Positions 43,127 through 53,730 of a DNA stretch of 64,000 nucleotides are shown piece by piece (position 1 is the first letter of the stretch; each line of letters begins with the position of its first letter). The notes under the pieces were generated by a model. The model saw only the letters and a program-made list of their open reading frames with translations. It had not been told where the DNA came from and made no database searches. A program made the translations under genes and the position numbers. The stretch comes from an uncultured virus (IMG/VR IMGVR_UViG_3300032117_000008) (Duplodnaviria; Heunggongvirae; Uroviricota; Caudoviricetes): IMG/VR virus record IMGVR_UViG_3300032117_000008; one strand, 5' to 3'.

Positions 43127-44239
43127 TTAAATATCTCTTTCATTTTCATAAAAAGCAACCGCGATTGGAAAACGCAAGCTACCGTCTGGCGTAATATTCT
43201 GGTAACGAACCGTTGCCGTCTTAGGAATTGGTTTACGATTCAACAACTCCTTGGTGAACTCCTGTGTTCCCTTAATACCAGCATTGAATACAACTCCTTC
43301 TTTGGTCTTGCACTGAACGCTTTTGGCGTATCCAGACCAATTACCCTGACCTTCAAGTATTTCAATGACTTCAAATTCTTCGTCAATAAATTCCTTACGC
43401 TTCAACAAACTCTTTGAACGTTTATTTTCGTAAGGAGCATCAATACGAATCATTTGACCTTCATAGCCGTTCTCAAGAAAGTTAGCATATTGCTGATCAA
43501 GTTTTTCTGAATTTTCAGCGCTGAAAGTGTCTACCAGCTTGATCACATTACTCTTAAGTGAACCAATAATACTTTCTAGATAAGTCAGACGATTATAAAA
43601 ATGTTCTTTCCAAACCATATCATAAACATGATATTGAATCATTGAAGCAGATTTGTTCAAGTCGTCTTGAGTTGGTTTGGTTTGACGGGCGATAGAAATC
43701 AACTCATTAAAATTGTCTCGTAGCTCATGATTATATAGTTCACCATCAAGGATCAAGTTTGGACTAAGCTCGAATAAAGGAGCTAACTCTTGAATGATGT
43801 GAGGGGCCGAAACTATGGGCTTACCCTGTCTTGAAAACAATCCGTTCTTGGTCGCTATACAACGCATTCCATCAAGCTTCGGCTGAGTGAATACGTGCTT
43901 CCACTTTGAATCCCAACCTTTATACTTATCAGCAAGCATAGGTTCAATAATCTTAGAACCTTCTTCGATCGTTTCTTTCGAAGTATGATATTTACGATCG
44001 AGTTTCTTTTTGTAAAGAGCCTTAACTTCTAGATCGGCCTGTTGATCATCGGTAGTCGCGTTGGCTTTGCCGGCATTCTTACCGTAAACTTCTTTCCATT
44101 CTGAAATTACAAGCTTACCACCTTCAATACCAGAGACAGTACGATACTTGTTTCCCAAGCGCTCCATCATCCAAGTACGAGTATTACCGTTCTCGTCGAT
44201 GTGGTAGAGTGTGTCATACTTAATCAAGATTTTCTCCAT
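43127..44239 (-). CDS. ATP-dependent DNA ligase
   Basis: PKLDGMR, LDGELY, EGQMIR, KRSKSLLK, LRFP. Confidence 0.92.
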   Translation of the reverse strand: MEKILIKYDTLYHIDENGNTRTWMMERLGNKYRTVSGIEGGKLVISEWKEVYGKNAGKANATTDDQQADLEVKALYKKKLDRKYHTSKETIEEGSKIIEPMLADKYKGWDSKWKHVFTQPKLDGMRCIATKNGLFSRQGKPIVSAPHIIQELAPLFELSPNLILDGELYNHELRDNFNELISIARQTKPTQDDLNKSASMIQYHVYDMVWKEHFYNRLTYLESIIGSLKSNVIKLVDTFSAENSEKLDQQYANFLENGYEGQMIRIDAPYENKRSKSLLKRKEFIDEEFEVIEILEGQGNWSGYAKSVQCKTKEGVVFNAGIKGTQEFTKELLNRKPIPKTATVRYQNITPDGSLRFPIAVAFYENERDI

Positions 44240-45246
44240 TTTGTAAGAGCCAGTTTGGCCGAAAGATCACGGTAAGTGTTTTGATTAATTATATATGAAA
44301 TGAACTCAGAAGTCAAGCCCGCTAAAATCGCGTCGTTGATATCTTTATGTTCGAAGTTTTCGGGCCATATACAAACTTTATATCCTTGCATGATAGCCTT
44401 GTCAATTTTCTTTACGGTTTCTTTATTTCTTGGCTCGTTGTCGTAAACAACGACAAGACGATCTTTCGTAAAGGTGTTGATCGCAGACACCAAATCGCCG
44501 CCTGCAGTAGCGATACTGTTAGGAACAAACATACTATCAATTGGGCCTTCAAACACATAAACAGTCCTACCAAAATCAACTCTATCAAGTCCATAAACTT
44601 TAGGAATTGAATCATTAAGAACGATTGTAATATATTTGACTGACGAATTAACCAACGCTCTACCTTGATAGGCGTGCATAATTTTACGAGAGTCAATAAA
44701 GGGTATAAGAAGGCGAGTTTCATCGCGTTCAAGAGAATCAACATCAAACTTATTAGGTACAAGGTTATTAGTATAATGCTTAAAGTTAGGGCAGGAAAAT
44801 AAAGTTGCGTGATAAGGTGTTGGGATACGTCTGGCATCTACAAATTTCTTCACTTTATGTTCTGGGGATAACTGACTAACTTTCTTCAGTCCCTTTAATG
44901 GTCCGCTCTTCATAAAAAGAGGAGGCTTCATTTTTTCAACGAAAGCTTCTAGATCTTTTTGTTCTGGCGATTTATTGTCTTGAATTCTTTCAAGCAAATA
45001 TTCATTATAAACCGCTTGATCAATCATTTTAATGAAATTAGGAACAGAAGCGGTAGCACCACAGTTATGACAATGAAATAGCATTTTACCGCTCTTTTCG
45101 TAAATGTATCCTCTAGCTTTATTCTTATTTGAATCGGAGTCACCACAAACTGGACAACGGAAATTATAAAGGCTTGCGCTTTTCCGTTTAAACTTGTCCA
45201 GTCTGGTTGAAATGATTCCGATATATTTTTGTTGTAACCAATCCAT
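44224..45246 (-). CDS. 61: DNA primase gp61
   Basis: RCPVCGDS, CHNC, EGPIDS, DNEPRN, KDIND. Confidence 0.95.
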   Translation of the reverse strand: MDWLQQKYIGIISTRLDKFKRKSASLYNFRCPVCGDSDSNKNKARGYIYEKSGKMLFHCHNCGATASVPNFIKMIDQAVYNEYLLERIQDNKSPEQKDLEAFVEKMKPPLFMKSGPLKGLKKVSQLSPEHKVKKFVDARRIPTPYHATLFSCPNFKHYTNNLVPNKFDVDSLERDETRLLIPFIDSRKIMHAYQGRALVNSSVKYITIVLNDSIPKVYGLDRVDFGRTVYVFEGPIDSMFVPNSIATAGGDLVSAINTFTKDRLVVVYDNEPRNKETVKKIDKAIMQGYKVCIWPENFEHKDINDAILAGLTSEFISYIINQNTYRDLSAKLALTKWRKS

Positions 45247-45313
45247 AATATAATCCTATCATTATCATCAACCACAAAGTGATTATACCGCGTTTTTGAT
45301 AAAAGTCAAAGGA

Positions 45314-45703
45314 TTATTTAATGATTAGTTTTAGAATATTTTGACCATAAGAAAGTAGAAAGAAAATTGCAGTGAAACCGCCCATATACACCCAAATAGT
45401 TTTTTCCATTTCACTAATTCTATCTGTCATCTTTTCATGTTGTTCGTTCGCTTCGACTCTTATTTTAGTAATTTCTTCTAAAATATTTTTATCTTCTGAA
45501 CGAATAGTGTCATAAACATCTTTTAATTTTAATTCGGACGTTCCTCTAAAATCTTGTAGAGCGCCACCTAAATTATCAATTTGTTTTTCTTGTTGATTTA
45601 AACGTTGTTCGTGAACAGCTAACATTTTACTAAGGTCTATTGAAATTTCAGTTAATTTTTCGATAGCGTCTTCTATTCTTTCTGCAGCGGATCTTTCAAC
45701 CAT
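45314..45703 (-). CDS. Coiled-coil protein with a C-terminal TM segment
   Basis: IEKLTEIS...LAVHEQRL. Confidence 0.6.
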   Translation of the reverse strand: MVERSAAERIEDAIEKLTEISIDLSKMLAVHEQRLNQQEKQIDNLGGALQDFRGTSELKLKDVYDTIRSEDKNILEEITKIRVEANEQHEKMTDRISEMEKTIWVYMGGFTAIFFLLSYGQNILKLIIK

Positions 45704-46254
45704 TATTTTCTATCCTGTGATGTTTCGTTTTTTGAATCTTTACCTAAAATGTCACGGAGAGTTTTAGACTTTTTTTGTTGTCTAGGCATTAATGAATGTT
45801 TTCTATTTTTTAAAAGCATAGGGCTAAAGCCTTGAATGTTTCCGGCGTTAGGATCCGCTGCAGAAGCTCCAATTGCGTTGGCTGCTGCCATACCATCTTC
45901 GTTGATGGGGTTATCTCTAAATGCTTTTGGATAAGTAGTGTCGTAATCTCTCATTATTCTTCCGGCTAGCGCATTGGCTTCATCTTCTTTCATTTGTTCT
46001 GAAGCTCTATTTCCGTTGATTCTCTGCTTATAATGAATTAATTCATGAGCAATAGTTCTCATTACGTCTATTGGATGACGTCCTGTAATTCTTACTGTTA
46101 TTGATGTGCCTTTTCTATCGCCGAGAAAATGGCCGAAAGCGTTTTTTGTATTTTCTTCTTTACCAACTAGGCTTATTCTAGGCAACGAAGATAGACCCAA
46201 ATGTTTGGCTGCAAAGGAAATAAAATTTTTAACGTCTTTTACTGAGGTATTCAT
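45703..46254 (-). CDS. HExxH metallopeptidase-like protein
   Basis: RTIAHELIH...EDEANA. Confidence 0.7.
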   Translation of the reverse strand: MNTSVKDVKNFISFAAKHLGLSSLPRISLVGKEENTKNAFGHFLGDRKGTSITVRITGRHPIDVMRTIAHELIHYKQRINGNRASEQMKEDEANALAGRIMRDYDTTYPKAFRDNPINEDGMAAANAIGASAADPNAGNIQGFSPMLLKNRKHSLMPRQQKKSKTLRDILGKDSKNETSQDRK

Positions 46255-46643
46255 TAAACTTTCCTTAACTTATCAATTATTTTATTATCCATTGGTATAG
46301 TATCAGTATCAATTATAGATTCTTCGCCAACGTTATATATTTTATCAGGTAAAACATTAATAAGAATTAAAAAAGGCTTTATGTATTTAATCTGAGGTTT
46401 AAGTTTCAGATATAAAATTTTACATAAAGCCTCTGGTCCAAAACAATTATTCAAAATAATAATATGATTAAGTATCAATCTTTCTTTGAGGTCATCATTT
46501 TCTATATAACGAGTTATCAGTTTTTTAATATATTTAATTCTGTTAAGATCTTCCATAAAGTCTTCGGTGGACGTGTATTTTGCGTTATCATAATGTTGAG
46601 CACAATATAATAAAAAATTTTCTTCAGTCAATTTATCATTCAT
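46254..46643 (-). CDS. Conserved T4-like hypothetical protein
   Basis: EDLNRIKYIKKL, ERLILNHII. Confidence 0.7.
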   Translation of the reverse strand: MNDKLTEENFLLYCAQHYDNAKYTSTEDFMEDLNRIKYIKKLITRYIENDDLKERLILNHIIILNNCFGPEALCKILYLKLKPQIKYIKPFLILINVLPDKIYNVGEESIIDTDTIPMDNKIIDKLRKV

Positions 46644-46645
46644 TT

Positions 46646-46939
46646 TTAAAAAGAACTTAATGTAGTTCTCACCCAATTGTTACTAGAAATACAAACGTAA
46701 AAATGTGTATTATCATAAGCAATACTTCCGGCAATTCCATAAGAAGAAGAATTTGCCGGTGCAATGTTAGATAAAATAAAACAATTTGAAAAATTACTTA
46801 AAGGAATTGTTCTAACCGAAGGAGAACCATTAGCAACTGAAGAATTGCTAATGGCGTTGTATAATATAAGTATTTTATCAGTAGCAACAACGTTTGAAGC
46901 GTTTGGAAGTTGTGATACTGCTACTGAATTGTTAGACAT
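46646..46939 (-). CDS. Putative virion structural protein
   Basis: G.AGSIAYD...YVC...NNWVR fibre-like motif. Confidence 0.5.
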   Translation of the reverse strand: MSNNSVAVSQLPNASNVVATDKILILYNAISNSSVANGSPSVRTIPLSNFSNCFILSNIAPANSSSYGIAGSIAYDNTHFYVCISSNNWVRTTLSSF

Positions 46940-46953
46940 AATTTATTTACCTA

Positions 46954-47943
46954 TTAAACGTATTGATCAACTGTGTTAGAAGTTACAGTGTTTGCTACAC
47001 CCGTAACGCCTGTAGAAGAAGTAGTATTCATTCCAATAGAACCCATAGCAACAAGAGTTTCGTAGAATACACGACCAGCGCGTCCGCCTGTACCTTCTGT
47101 TCTTAGAACCCATCCAGTGTGCGCAACGGCTGGATTATCAGTATTAACGTCTACATAACCAGTTGCTGTTGTACCTTGAATAGTATGAACTTGACCCGGA
47201 GTTGTTGTTGCAGGGGTAAGAGTGATTACGCTACCGCCAGGAGTTGCAGCCAACTGAACACCTGTTGTATTCGCCAAAGCAACGTAATAAACTGAATTAC
47301 CTGTTAAACCAGGAATAGCAGTGTTACCTGTAGGAACTCCGTAAGTTAACTTATCGCCAACTTGCCAGTATGAATTTGCTGTTGAGAACAATAAAGTACT
47401 ATTAACTACACCAACCGTATTCGCTGTAATGTTAATAGCTGCCGGCGCAGGTAAATTAGAAAGCGAAGGAGCGGTAATATAACCAGATCCGGCCGTTACG
47501 ATATTGAGACTTGTAATTTTACCAGCGTTGGTTGTTGTGTTAGCAACAGCATTAATTGAAGCTCCGGAACCACCGTTGGTTACTACCGGAGTAAAATTAG
47601 CTGTGTTAGCTTGATAACCAGAACCACCAGAAGTTACGTAAGATAATACAACGTTACCGCCAACAGTAGACATCATAGCTGCATTTACCGCGAAAACGCC
47701 GACAGCTTTGTTTGCAACAAAAGCTCCTATAGTAACGTTACCGTACATAGCGGCGTCGACAGATGCTCTTGAACCCGATGATGTATTACCGAAATGTGCA
47801 TTAGAATCAAAAGAAACGTTAGCAGTTCCTGTTTGACCGCCTCTAACTAACGCATAAGTTCCGATTGGCGCGCCATTTGAAGTTTCTTTTGTAGTAGTGC
47901 TGTTAGCAGTTACGCCTTGATCGTTTCTACCCCATTGTGCCAT
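46954..47943 (-). CDS. Putative virion structural protein
   Basis: Gly/Thr/Asn-rich; GSGY repeats; HTGW...GRAGRV.YETLVAM; late promoter at 47976. Confidence 0.65.
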   Translation of the reverse strand: MAQWGRNDQGVTANSTTTKETSNGAPIGTYALVRGGQTGTANVSFDSNAHFGNTSSGSRASVDAAMYGNVTIGAFVANKAVGVFAVNAAMMSTVGGNVVLSYVTSGGSGYQANTANFTPVVTNGGSGASINAVANTTTNAGKITSLNIVTAGSGYITAPSLSNLPAPAAINITANTVGVVNSTLLFSTANSYWQVGDKLTYGVPTGNTAIPGLTGNSVYYVALANTTGVQLAATPGGSVITLTPATTTPGQVHTIQGTTATGYVDVNTDNPAVAHTGWVLRTEGTGGRAGRVFYETLVAMGSIGMNTTSSTGVTGVANTVTSNTVDQYV

Positions 47944-47984
47944 TATTTTTTCTCCTTTAAAGAATTATTTAATTGTATTTATAA

Positions 47985-48251
47985 TTATTGTTTATCTATG
48001 GTCAACATATCTAAAAGATACGAAGAATGTCTACTGACCATTTTTTCTTTACCATCAACTATTAAAATATGATGATCTTCAATTGAAGGATTTCCTCGAG
48101 TAGAACTAACCACAGCCGGATTGTTATTTACAACAGGATCATATTTTTCGCCGCCGATGTCTATTTCTCCATTGGCGTCAACACTTTGATTGTTAGGGGC
48201 AAGACTGAAATCTTGCCCGTTAATAATGATGTTATTCGCTATAAGCGGCAT
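47985..48251 (-). CDS. Hypothetical protein
   Basis: AAGGA RBS. Confidence 0.5.
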   Translation of the reverse strand: MPLIANNIIINGQDFSLAPNNQSVDANGEIDIGGEKYDPVVNNNPAVVSSTRGNPSIEDHHILIVDGKEKMVSRHSSYLLDMLTIDKQ

Positions 48252-48260
48252 TTTATATCC

Positions 48261-49595
48261 TTAGTTGCTCATATGAGTTTGCATAAACTTACGTTCAACA
48301 GCACTTTTTTCATGAGGTTTTTCAGCAGCTGCGTATTCTTTGTTGAAATCGTTAACGTGCTTGACCGGAACGTGATATTGTTTATCAGTCTGTGGATGCT
48401 TAAGTGTAACAACTTCTTTGCCGCCAGAGAAATGAGAACGCGCTGTTCTTACTTGAGCGGGAACATTCTTTGTTTCTGCTTGAGCTTCGTCCTTTTCGCC
48501 TGAAGATAAACCTTTTTGCTTGTAAGGCCCACGCTTTGTTCCAGCTTTAACACCACGCTTCTTTGCTTCTTCGTCCATACCGTAATCCGAATTTGTATCA
48601 TGTTTATCAGAACGATTTGCAATATCATCTCTAGCAGGAGCAACAGAAGGCGCGTCTCCTTCAATAACCGAAGCGAAATGTGCTAGTTCTTCTTCGCTGA
48701 ATAATTTTTCGACTTCTTCTTCCATTGGCTTCTTACCAGAACGAAGAGCCTTGAAATCAGCAGCGTCTAGCTTCTTTTTATCTCCACCAAGAGCAGCAAT
48801 TTTCTTTTGTTTTGGAGAAAGTTCTTTTTCTTCTTCCATTGATTCACAAACACAAGGTGATTTGCCACAATTTGGGCAAACAGCTTTCATTTTCTTAGCA
48901 GCTTCAAACATATTAGCTGGCTTTGATTCCTGTAGCTTCAGGAATGCTGCTACTAATGGAGACATTTCTTCTTTCATTGATTTCTTTCCTTTTGATTTTG
49001 ATGGACCGCCGTCTTCAAATTCGCTTGTGTTTCCTATACGGTTGATAGCCGCGTCTGCGTTTTGAGCTATTTGGCTTTTTTGTGGAGCAGGAGCGGCGGG
49101 AGTTGGTAAAGGAGCGCCATTTGGTCTTGGCGAAGGAGTTGGAGTTGCAGCGGCTGGTTTAGGTGCTGCAGCGGGTGCTGGTTTTATGGTAGAAGCGGGG
49201 GATGAAGTAACAGCAGTAGTTTTCGAAACTGTGGGAGCTAGTATATCCGGAACTTTGCCGTTCGATCCAGGAGCCGGTTCTGGCGGTCTATTTGTTGGCT
49301 CTACTGTGCCAACGCCGGTTTGACTATAGTCTGAGTAACTCATTTTTGGTGTATTAGAAGTAGCCTTCGTGGTTGTAGAAGTAGAAGAGGCCGGAGTAGT
49401 ATTTTGAGATGTTGCTGTATTAGCAGCGGGTTTTCTCAACCCCATTCTATCTCCAACCCATTTTCTAGCGTCGTCCCACAAACTTTCATTTTTAACTGCA
49501 TTCCAATTACTCTCAGCGTTCTTCATACGCTGTTCATTAACTTTGCGTTGTACTTCAGCAAGAGCTTCAGAAATTGATTTTGTTTTATCAGTCAT
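48261..49595 (-). CDS. Low-complexity putative internal head protein
   Basis: Pro/Ala/Thr tract; LSPKQKKI, DFKALR; many xxEE sites. Confidence 0.55.
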   Translation of the reverse strand: MTDKTKSISEALAEVQRKVNEQRMKNAESNWNAVKNESLWDDARKWVGDRMGLRKPAANTATSQNTTPASSTSTTTKATSNTPKMSYSDYSQTGVGTVEPTNRPPEPAPGSNGKVPDILAPTVSKTTAVTSSPASTIKPAPAAAPKPAAATPTPSPRPNGAPLPTPAAPAPQKSQIAQNADAAINRIGNTSEFEDGGPSKSKGKKSMKEEMSPLVAAFLKLQESKPANMFEAAKKMKAVCPNCGKSPCVCESMEEEKELSPKQKKIAALGGDKKKLDAADFKALRSGKKPMEEEVEKLFSEEELAHFASVIEGDAPSVAPARDDIANRSDKHDTNSDYGMDEEAKKRGVKAGTKRGPYKQKGLSSGEKDEAQAETKNVPAQVRTARSHFSGGKEVVTLKHPQTDKQYHVPVKHVNDFNKEYAAAEKPHEKSAVERKFMQTHMSN

Positions 49596-49646
49596 CTATT
49601 AAATCCTTTTTTAAAATTCTTTTTACTATTTAATATTTTTTAAATT

Positions 49647-50834
49647 TTAATTTGAAACTGTGTCTTTATCTGGTTTCTGTAAATTCGGATTCCAAACAAC
49701 ATCACCGATTACTTTGGTTGGCCCATTACCGCTATCTTCGCTTGGAGACGAACCCTTATCACCCTTAACAATTTTTTTAATAGTGTTTGCGCGTTTTTTA
49801 CCCTCATCAATAATTTTAGTCTTGATCTCGGCGTTTTTAGCCAGTTTTGATTTTCTATCAAAAGGACTTGTTGCTGAATTTTGTCTAGCAACGTTTTCAA
49901 TTGTCTTACGATCTTTTGTGCCTTCAGCTTCTTCTTTGATTTTCTTTTTACCGCCATCTTCTGTATTCATACGAGCAGACGGCCCTGGATTACTTTTACC
50001 GCCCATAGAACCAATTGGAGTATCTCCTCCAGCAGTATCAAATGCGCTTTCTTTTTTTACTTTTTTCTTTCCGCCATCTTCATCTTTCAATGAAGTTAAA
50101 CCAGCGTCGCCAAAAGCCTCATTAAATGTTTGTTTCTTGCCTGAATTATTATGAGTTACGGCATAAGAAAACTCATCGCCTGCCGGATCATCTTTATGTC
50201 TCATATGTCTGCTTTGTAACATTCCATGCCATTGTTTCATAGCATCTTCATGATTTTTGGCTCTTACTGTGCCACGAACTGAATAACCCGCTTCAGATTT
50301 TTTATGATTGGCAATAACATCATAAGCGTCATCATCCCATTGTTCTTTGATTTTCTTTTTACCACCATCTTCTGGTTCCGGATTGCTCTGACTAGAAGTA
50401 ACACCACCTAAATCAGAAATTTCTTTAATTTCTTTTTCTGCAATATTATGGGTTTTGCTACCGATTTTGTTCTTTATTTGCACAGTTTTATTAGTTGTAC
50501 GTTGAGCGTGATCGTTCTCGTGAGATCTTGTATCTCCAGGAGGTTTAATATGAACTGGTGGTGTAATAAATTGATTACCGGAAAATTCATGAGAAGGCGT
50601 TAGAACTTTACTTTTTTGATTTGGATTTAATCTCAACTGTTCTTTAACTTCTTTTTGACCAGGAGTTTTTACTGATTTGACAATTTCTTTACTCTTGCTT
50701 TTTCTATCTTCTTCACTGGCTTCTTCCCAGTCTCCACCAGGAGGCCCTTTTTTCTTGGCTGGATTAACGTTTTGTTCTTTTTCTTCTCTAAGAAGTATAT
50801 TTCTAATAGCGTGACCTAAACTAACGTATGCCAT
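49647..50834 (-). CDS. Charged putative internal head protein with EDGGKKK(I/V)K repeats
   Basis: Three near-identical repeats. Confidence 0.55.
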   Translation of the reverse strand: MAYVSLGHAIRNILLREEKEQNVNPAKKKGPPGGDWEEASEEDRKSKSKEIVKSVKTPGQKEVKEQLRLNPNQKSKVLTPSHEFSGNQFITPPVHIKPPGDTRSHENDHAQRTTNKTVQIKNKIGSKTHNIAEKEIKEISDLGGVTSSQSNPEPEDGGKKKIKEQWDDDAYDVIANHKKSEAGYSVRGTVRAKNHEDAMKQWHGMLQSRHMRHKDDPAGDEFSYAVTHNNSGKKQTFNEAFGDAGLTSLKDEDGGKKKVKKESAFDTAGGDTPIGSMGGKSNPGPSARMNTEDGGKKKIKEEAEGTKDRKTIENVARQNSATSPFDRKSKLAKNAEIKTKIIDEGKKRANTIKKIVKGDKGSSPSEDSGNGPTKVIGDVVWNPNLQKPDKDTVSN

Positions 50835-51283
50835 TATTTTGCTGCCTTTATAGTTGCTCTAATCATCCAACCAAGTTTTTCCAAAGCTTCTATACGGCCT
50901 TGGAGATAATTAGTTATACCGTATTTCTTTAATTGTTCTGAAGTATCTGCCGCTTTTGTTAACAAACCAATAATAGCTTTATTGTCTCTTTCAATTTCTC
51001 TCAACATATCTATTGGAGAAGGAATATTTAATTGATCTTCTATCTTAGTTAATTCTTGAAAACGATAAAGGCTACCAGGAGCATATGCTTCTAATGTACG
51101 AATTCTTTCTGCAATATCGTCAACAGCCTCGAAAGAATCTTCATAAATTGTTTTAAGGAACTCGTGATATTGAGGAAAGTTTGAACCTTCAACGTTCCAA
51201 TGAAAGTAATGAGCTTTCAAGTAATAACTGAACGTACTTGCCAAACACACTTTTAATTGATCAACTAATTCTTTATTTTGCAT
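50834..51283 (-). CDS. dps: Dps/ferritin-like protein
   Basis: HYFHWNVEG..F...H, DDIAERIRTL. Confidence 0.88.
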   Translation of the reverse strand: MQNKELVDQLKVCLASTFSYYLKAHYFHWNVEGSNFPQYHEFLKTIYEDSFEAVDDIAERIRTLEAYAPGSLYRFQELTKIEDQLNIPSPIDMLREIERDNKAIIGLLTKAADTSEQLKKYGITNYLQGRIEALEKLGWMIRATIKAAK

Positions 51284-51284
51284 T

Positions 51285-52367
51285 TTATTCCTTTCCTCCG
51301 CCACCAGAGCTTCCGCTTTTACCTGGAGGTAAGCTTTTTATTGACCCATCGGCCATTCTAATTTTAACGTTCTTTAATTGTTTAACGTGTCCAGCAGCGT
51401 CTCTTATCGCGATTTCTTTTACTACACGTTTAATAGTTTTTGTTGACTGACCCGGAGTTTCTTCTTTATATACTTTATCTAAATTATCAGTTCCAATAAA
51501 TCTACTGTTTGGTTTCGTAAAATCATCGGAAGTTTTTTCAGCACCCGTATAAGATTCAGCTGCACCGACCTTAGTTTTTTCTCTGGCTTTTTGAACCGCT
51601 TTTAATAAAGTGTCACTACCGACTTCGGTTTTACTTGGTTTATTGTTAACTATTCTAGCTTTATTAACTTTACCAACTAATTCGGGTGATAATTCATTTA
51701 ATGAATCTTCTTTAACAGGAACACAATTAGGAACGGTTTTGCCGTTCTTTTTCTTTGTTCCGTAAGCTTGATAACCTTTCCAACAAGGATTATCCATCAT
51801 CTTCTTTTCTTCAAGGTCGTTTTCTTCACAATGCCATTTACGTAATGACTTATTGATACGTGAATCCGGATCATGAGCAGTTTTAGCCGAAGTCAAACGT
51901 TTCTTCATACCGCTCATACGGGCGCAAAAGCTTTTACGTCTATTTGCTGATTTTGATCCTGGCTTTAATTTTGAAGGTTCCGTTGTTACTGCTGTTTTAA
52001 GATGACTTCCCGGATGTTCTCTACGATAGGCCATTACACCAGCTTTTGTTAAACCGCCTTCTGGGTTTTTATATTTTGAATCTTGCCAATTTTCCAATAA
52101 ATCTTCGTCTAATTGCAGCGCAAATCCGCCCGCAATAAATGAATTGACGCGATCAAATGCAAATTGTTCCGGAGTTCCTTCGAAGGAATCGTTCCAGATT
52201 GAATAACCTCTACGATATACTTCTTCAAGTATATCAACGGGTATGCTTGTTTTTTGGGATTTTTTATAAAGCGATAATTTCGCCGAGTTAGTGAGATTCA
52301 CAACAGAACCTGCAAGTTGCTCTACAACAACTAGCTGAGGATCAAATGTACTAAATTTTTTAACCAT
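51285..52367 (-). CDS. Putative internal head protein
   Basis: GGLTKAG...RRKSFCARM, CWKGY...VPNCVP modules. Confidence 0.6.
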   Translation of the reverse strand: MVKKFSTFDPQLVVVEQLAGSVVNLTNSAKLSLYKKSQKTSIPVDILEEVYRRGYSIWNDSFEGTPEQFAFDRVNSFIAGGFALQLDEDLLENWQDSKYKNPEGGLTKAGVMAYRREHPGSHLKTAVTTEPSKLKPGSKSANRRKSFCARMSGMKKRLTSAKTAHDPDSRINKSLRKWHCEENDLEEKKMMDNPCWKGYQAYGTKKKNGKTVPNCVPVKEDSLNELSPELVGKVNKARIVNNKPSKTEVGSDTLLKAVQKAREKTKVGAAESYTGAEKTSDDFTKPNSRFIGTDNLDKVYKEETPGQSTKTIKRVVKEIAIRDAAGHVKQLKNVKIRMADGSIKSLPPGKSGSSGGGGKE

Positions 52368-52472
52368 TGGAGTTTTCCTAAGACTTATCCAAGAACTTCT
52401 TGCAGGTCTGCCGTGGCCTTTTACTGCACTAACATTCTTATTTATAAATTATAATTGTTCAGAAAAATTAAC

Positions 52473-53729
52473 TTATGTTATAGCAGCTACGAACGTATTG
52501 TTTGAAGTTCCATCTAAACAGAAATACTTAACATACATCGTATTGTGAGAGCTGAGATAAAAAGATGAACCGCCTGTAGCCTGTGTTGAGGAAACGCCAT
52601 GGTTGAACTGCTGAGTACCGCCGACATTGTTAAAGATGAATAGCTCAACAACTTTACCAGCTGTCAAATTTTGTATGTTAGCTGTAACAGTTCCTTGATT
52701 GGTATGAATATGAACAAAGTTGTCAGTCGAAAAGTCAATCAATACTGTGTTTGAAATGACATTTGCTATTCTTACATTCGGAGGCTTATAAGCTGTAGTT
52801 TGTACGGTATTATCAGTAAAAGTAATAGTTGTATTTGCTTGGATGTTTTGGTTAAAGATAACGCTTGTGTTTACGGAAGTAGAACCGATTATCAAGTTTT
52901 GCGATGCATTTGCTAACTGAACAGTATAGTTTTGCAAAACGATACCGCCAGCATTGAATCCAGCGTTAGCATTGAACTGTGTATTAGTTCCTGCGCCCTG
53001 AGTGATATAAAACACTTGATTAGCGAGAGAAAGCGTTTGATCAGGATTTCCACCTATCACGTCTTGGAATGTAATAGAATTTGCACCAACAATAACTTCA
53101 TCAATATATGCTTGCGCCCAGCGATTTGTTGTATTACCAATAGTATATGTTAGAGTCGTTGATGGTATAATATCAGAAGCTACATTAAGTAAGTTTGGAC
53201 TAGAGACTGGATCGTCAAACACAAACTTCTTTGTGGCTGCGTCGTAACGAAGATAGAGACCGTCAGCGATAGATGATCTATTGACGTCATCTAAATGGCG
53301 AAGGTTGACTTCACCACCGCCACCAAGTTGCGAATGTCTTTGAGCAAAACGATGAAAATCAGCAATTGATTTTTTAATAATATCTAATTCTCGACGATAA
53401 ATGTCGGGTATACTATTTTGTTCTGCCGAACCCTTTTGGTCTGTTATTTTGGACAAAGCTTTTACATACTTATTAACAATAGGTTCTTTATCAAGAACTG
53501 GTTCCGGCTGTCTACCCATTTCAACAATAACTTCAGATTCTGTTATTGATTTTTCTTCAACAATGGTTTCTATTTCTATTTCTTGAACGGTATTAATTTT
53601 ACCTACAGCTTTTTGCATACTTTCTAATATGGCAGTTTCTTTTGCTTTCTTTATCTTAAGATCTTCCAATACGTTTTCAACGCCAAAAGCTTTGGCAAAT
53701 TTTTCCAAAAGAAGTTTTTCGTCGGCCAT
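52473..53729 (-). CDS. Putative virion structural protein
   Basis: GGGGEVNLRHLDDV; beta-rich C-terminus. Confidence 0.6.
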   Translation of the reverse strand: MADEKLLLEKFAKAFGVENVLEDLKIKKAKETAILESMQKAVGKINTVQEIEIETIVEEKSITESEVIVEMGRQPEPVLDKEPIVNKYVKALSKITDQKGSAEQNSIPDIYRRELDIIKKSIADFHRFAQRHSQLGGGGEVNLRHLDDVNRSSIADGLYLRYDAATKKFVFDDPVSSPNLLNVASDIIPSTTLTYTIGNTTNRWAQAYIDEVIVGANSITFQDVIGGNPDQTLSLANQVFYITQGAGTNTQFNANAGFNAGGIVLQNYTVQLANASQNLIIGSTSVNTSVIFNQNIQANTTITFTDNTVQTTAYKPPNVRIANVISNTVLIDFSTDNFVHIHTNQGTVTANIQNLTAGKVVELFIFNNVGGTQQFNHGVSSTQATGGSSFYLSSHNTMYVKYFCLDGTSNNTFVAAIT

Positions 53730-53730
53730 A

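Noticed and set aside
49660..50154. 164-aa plus-strand ORF and other short opposite-strand ORFs across the window
   Set aside because: Antisense to well-supported genes, with no RBS or recognisable motifs
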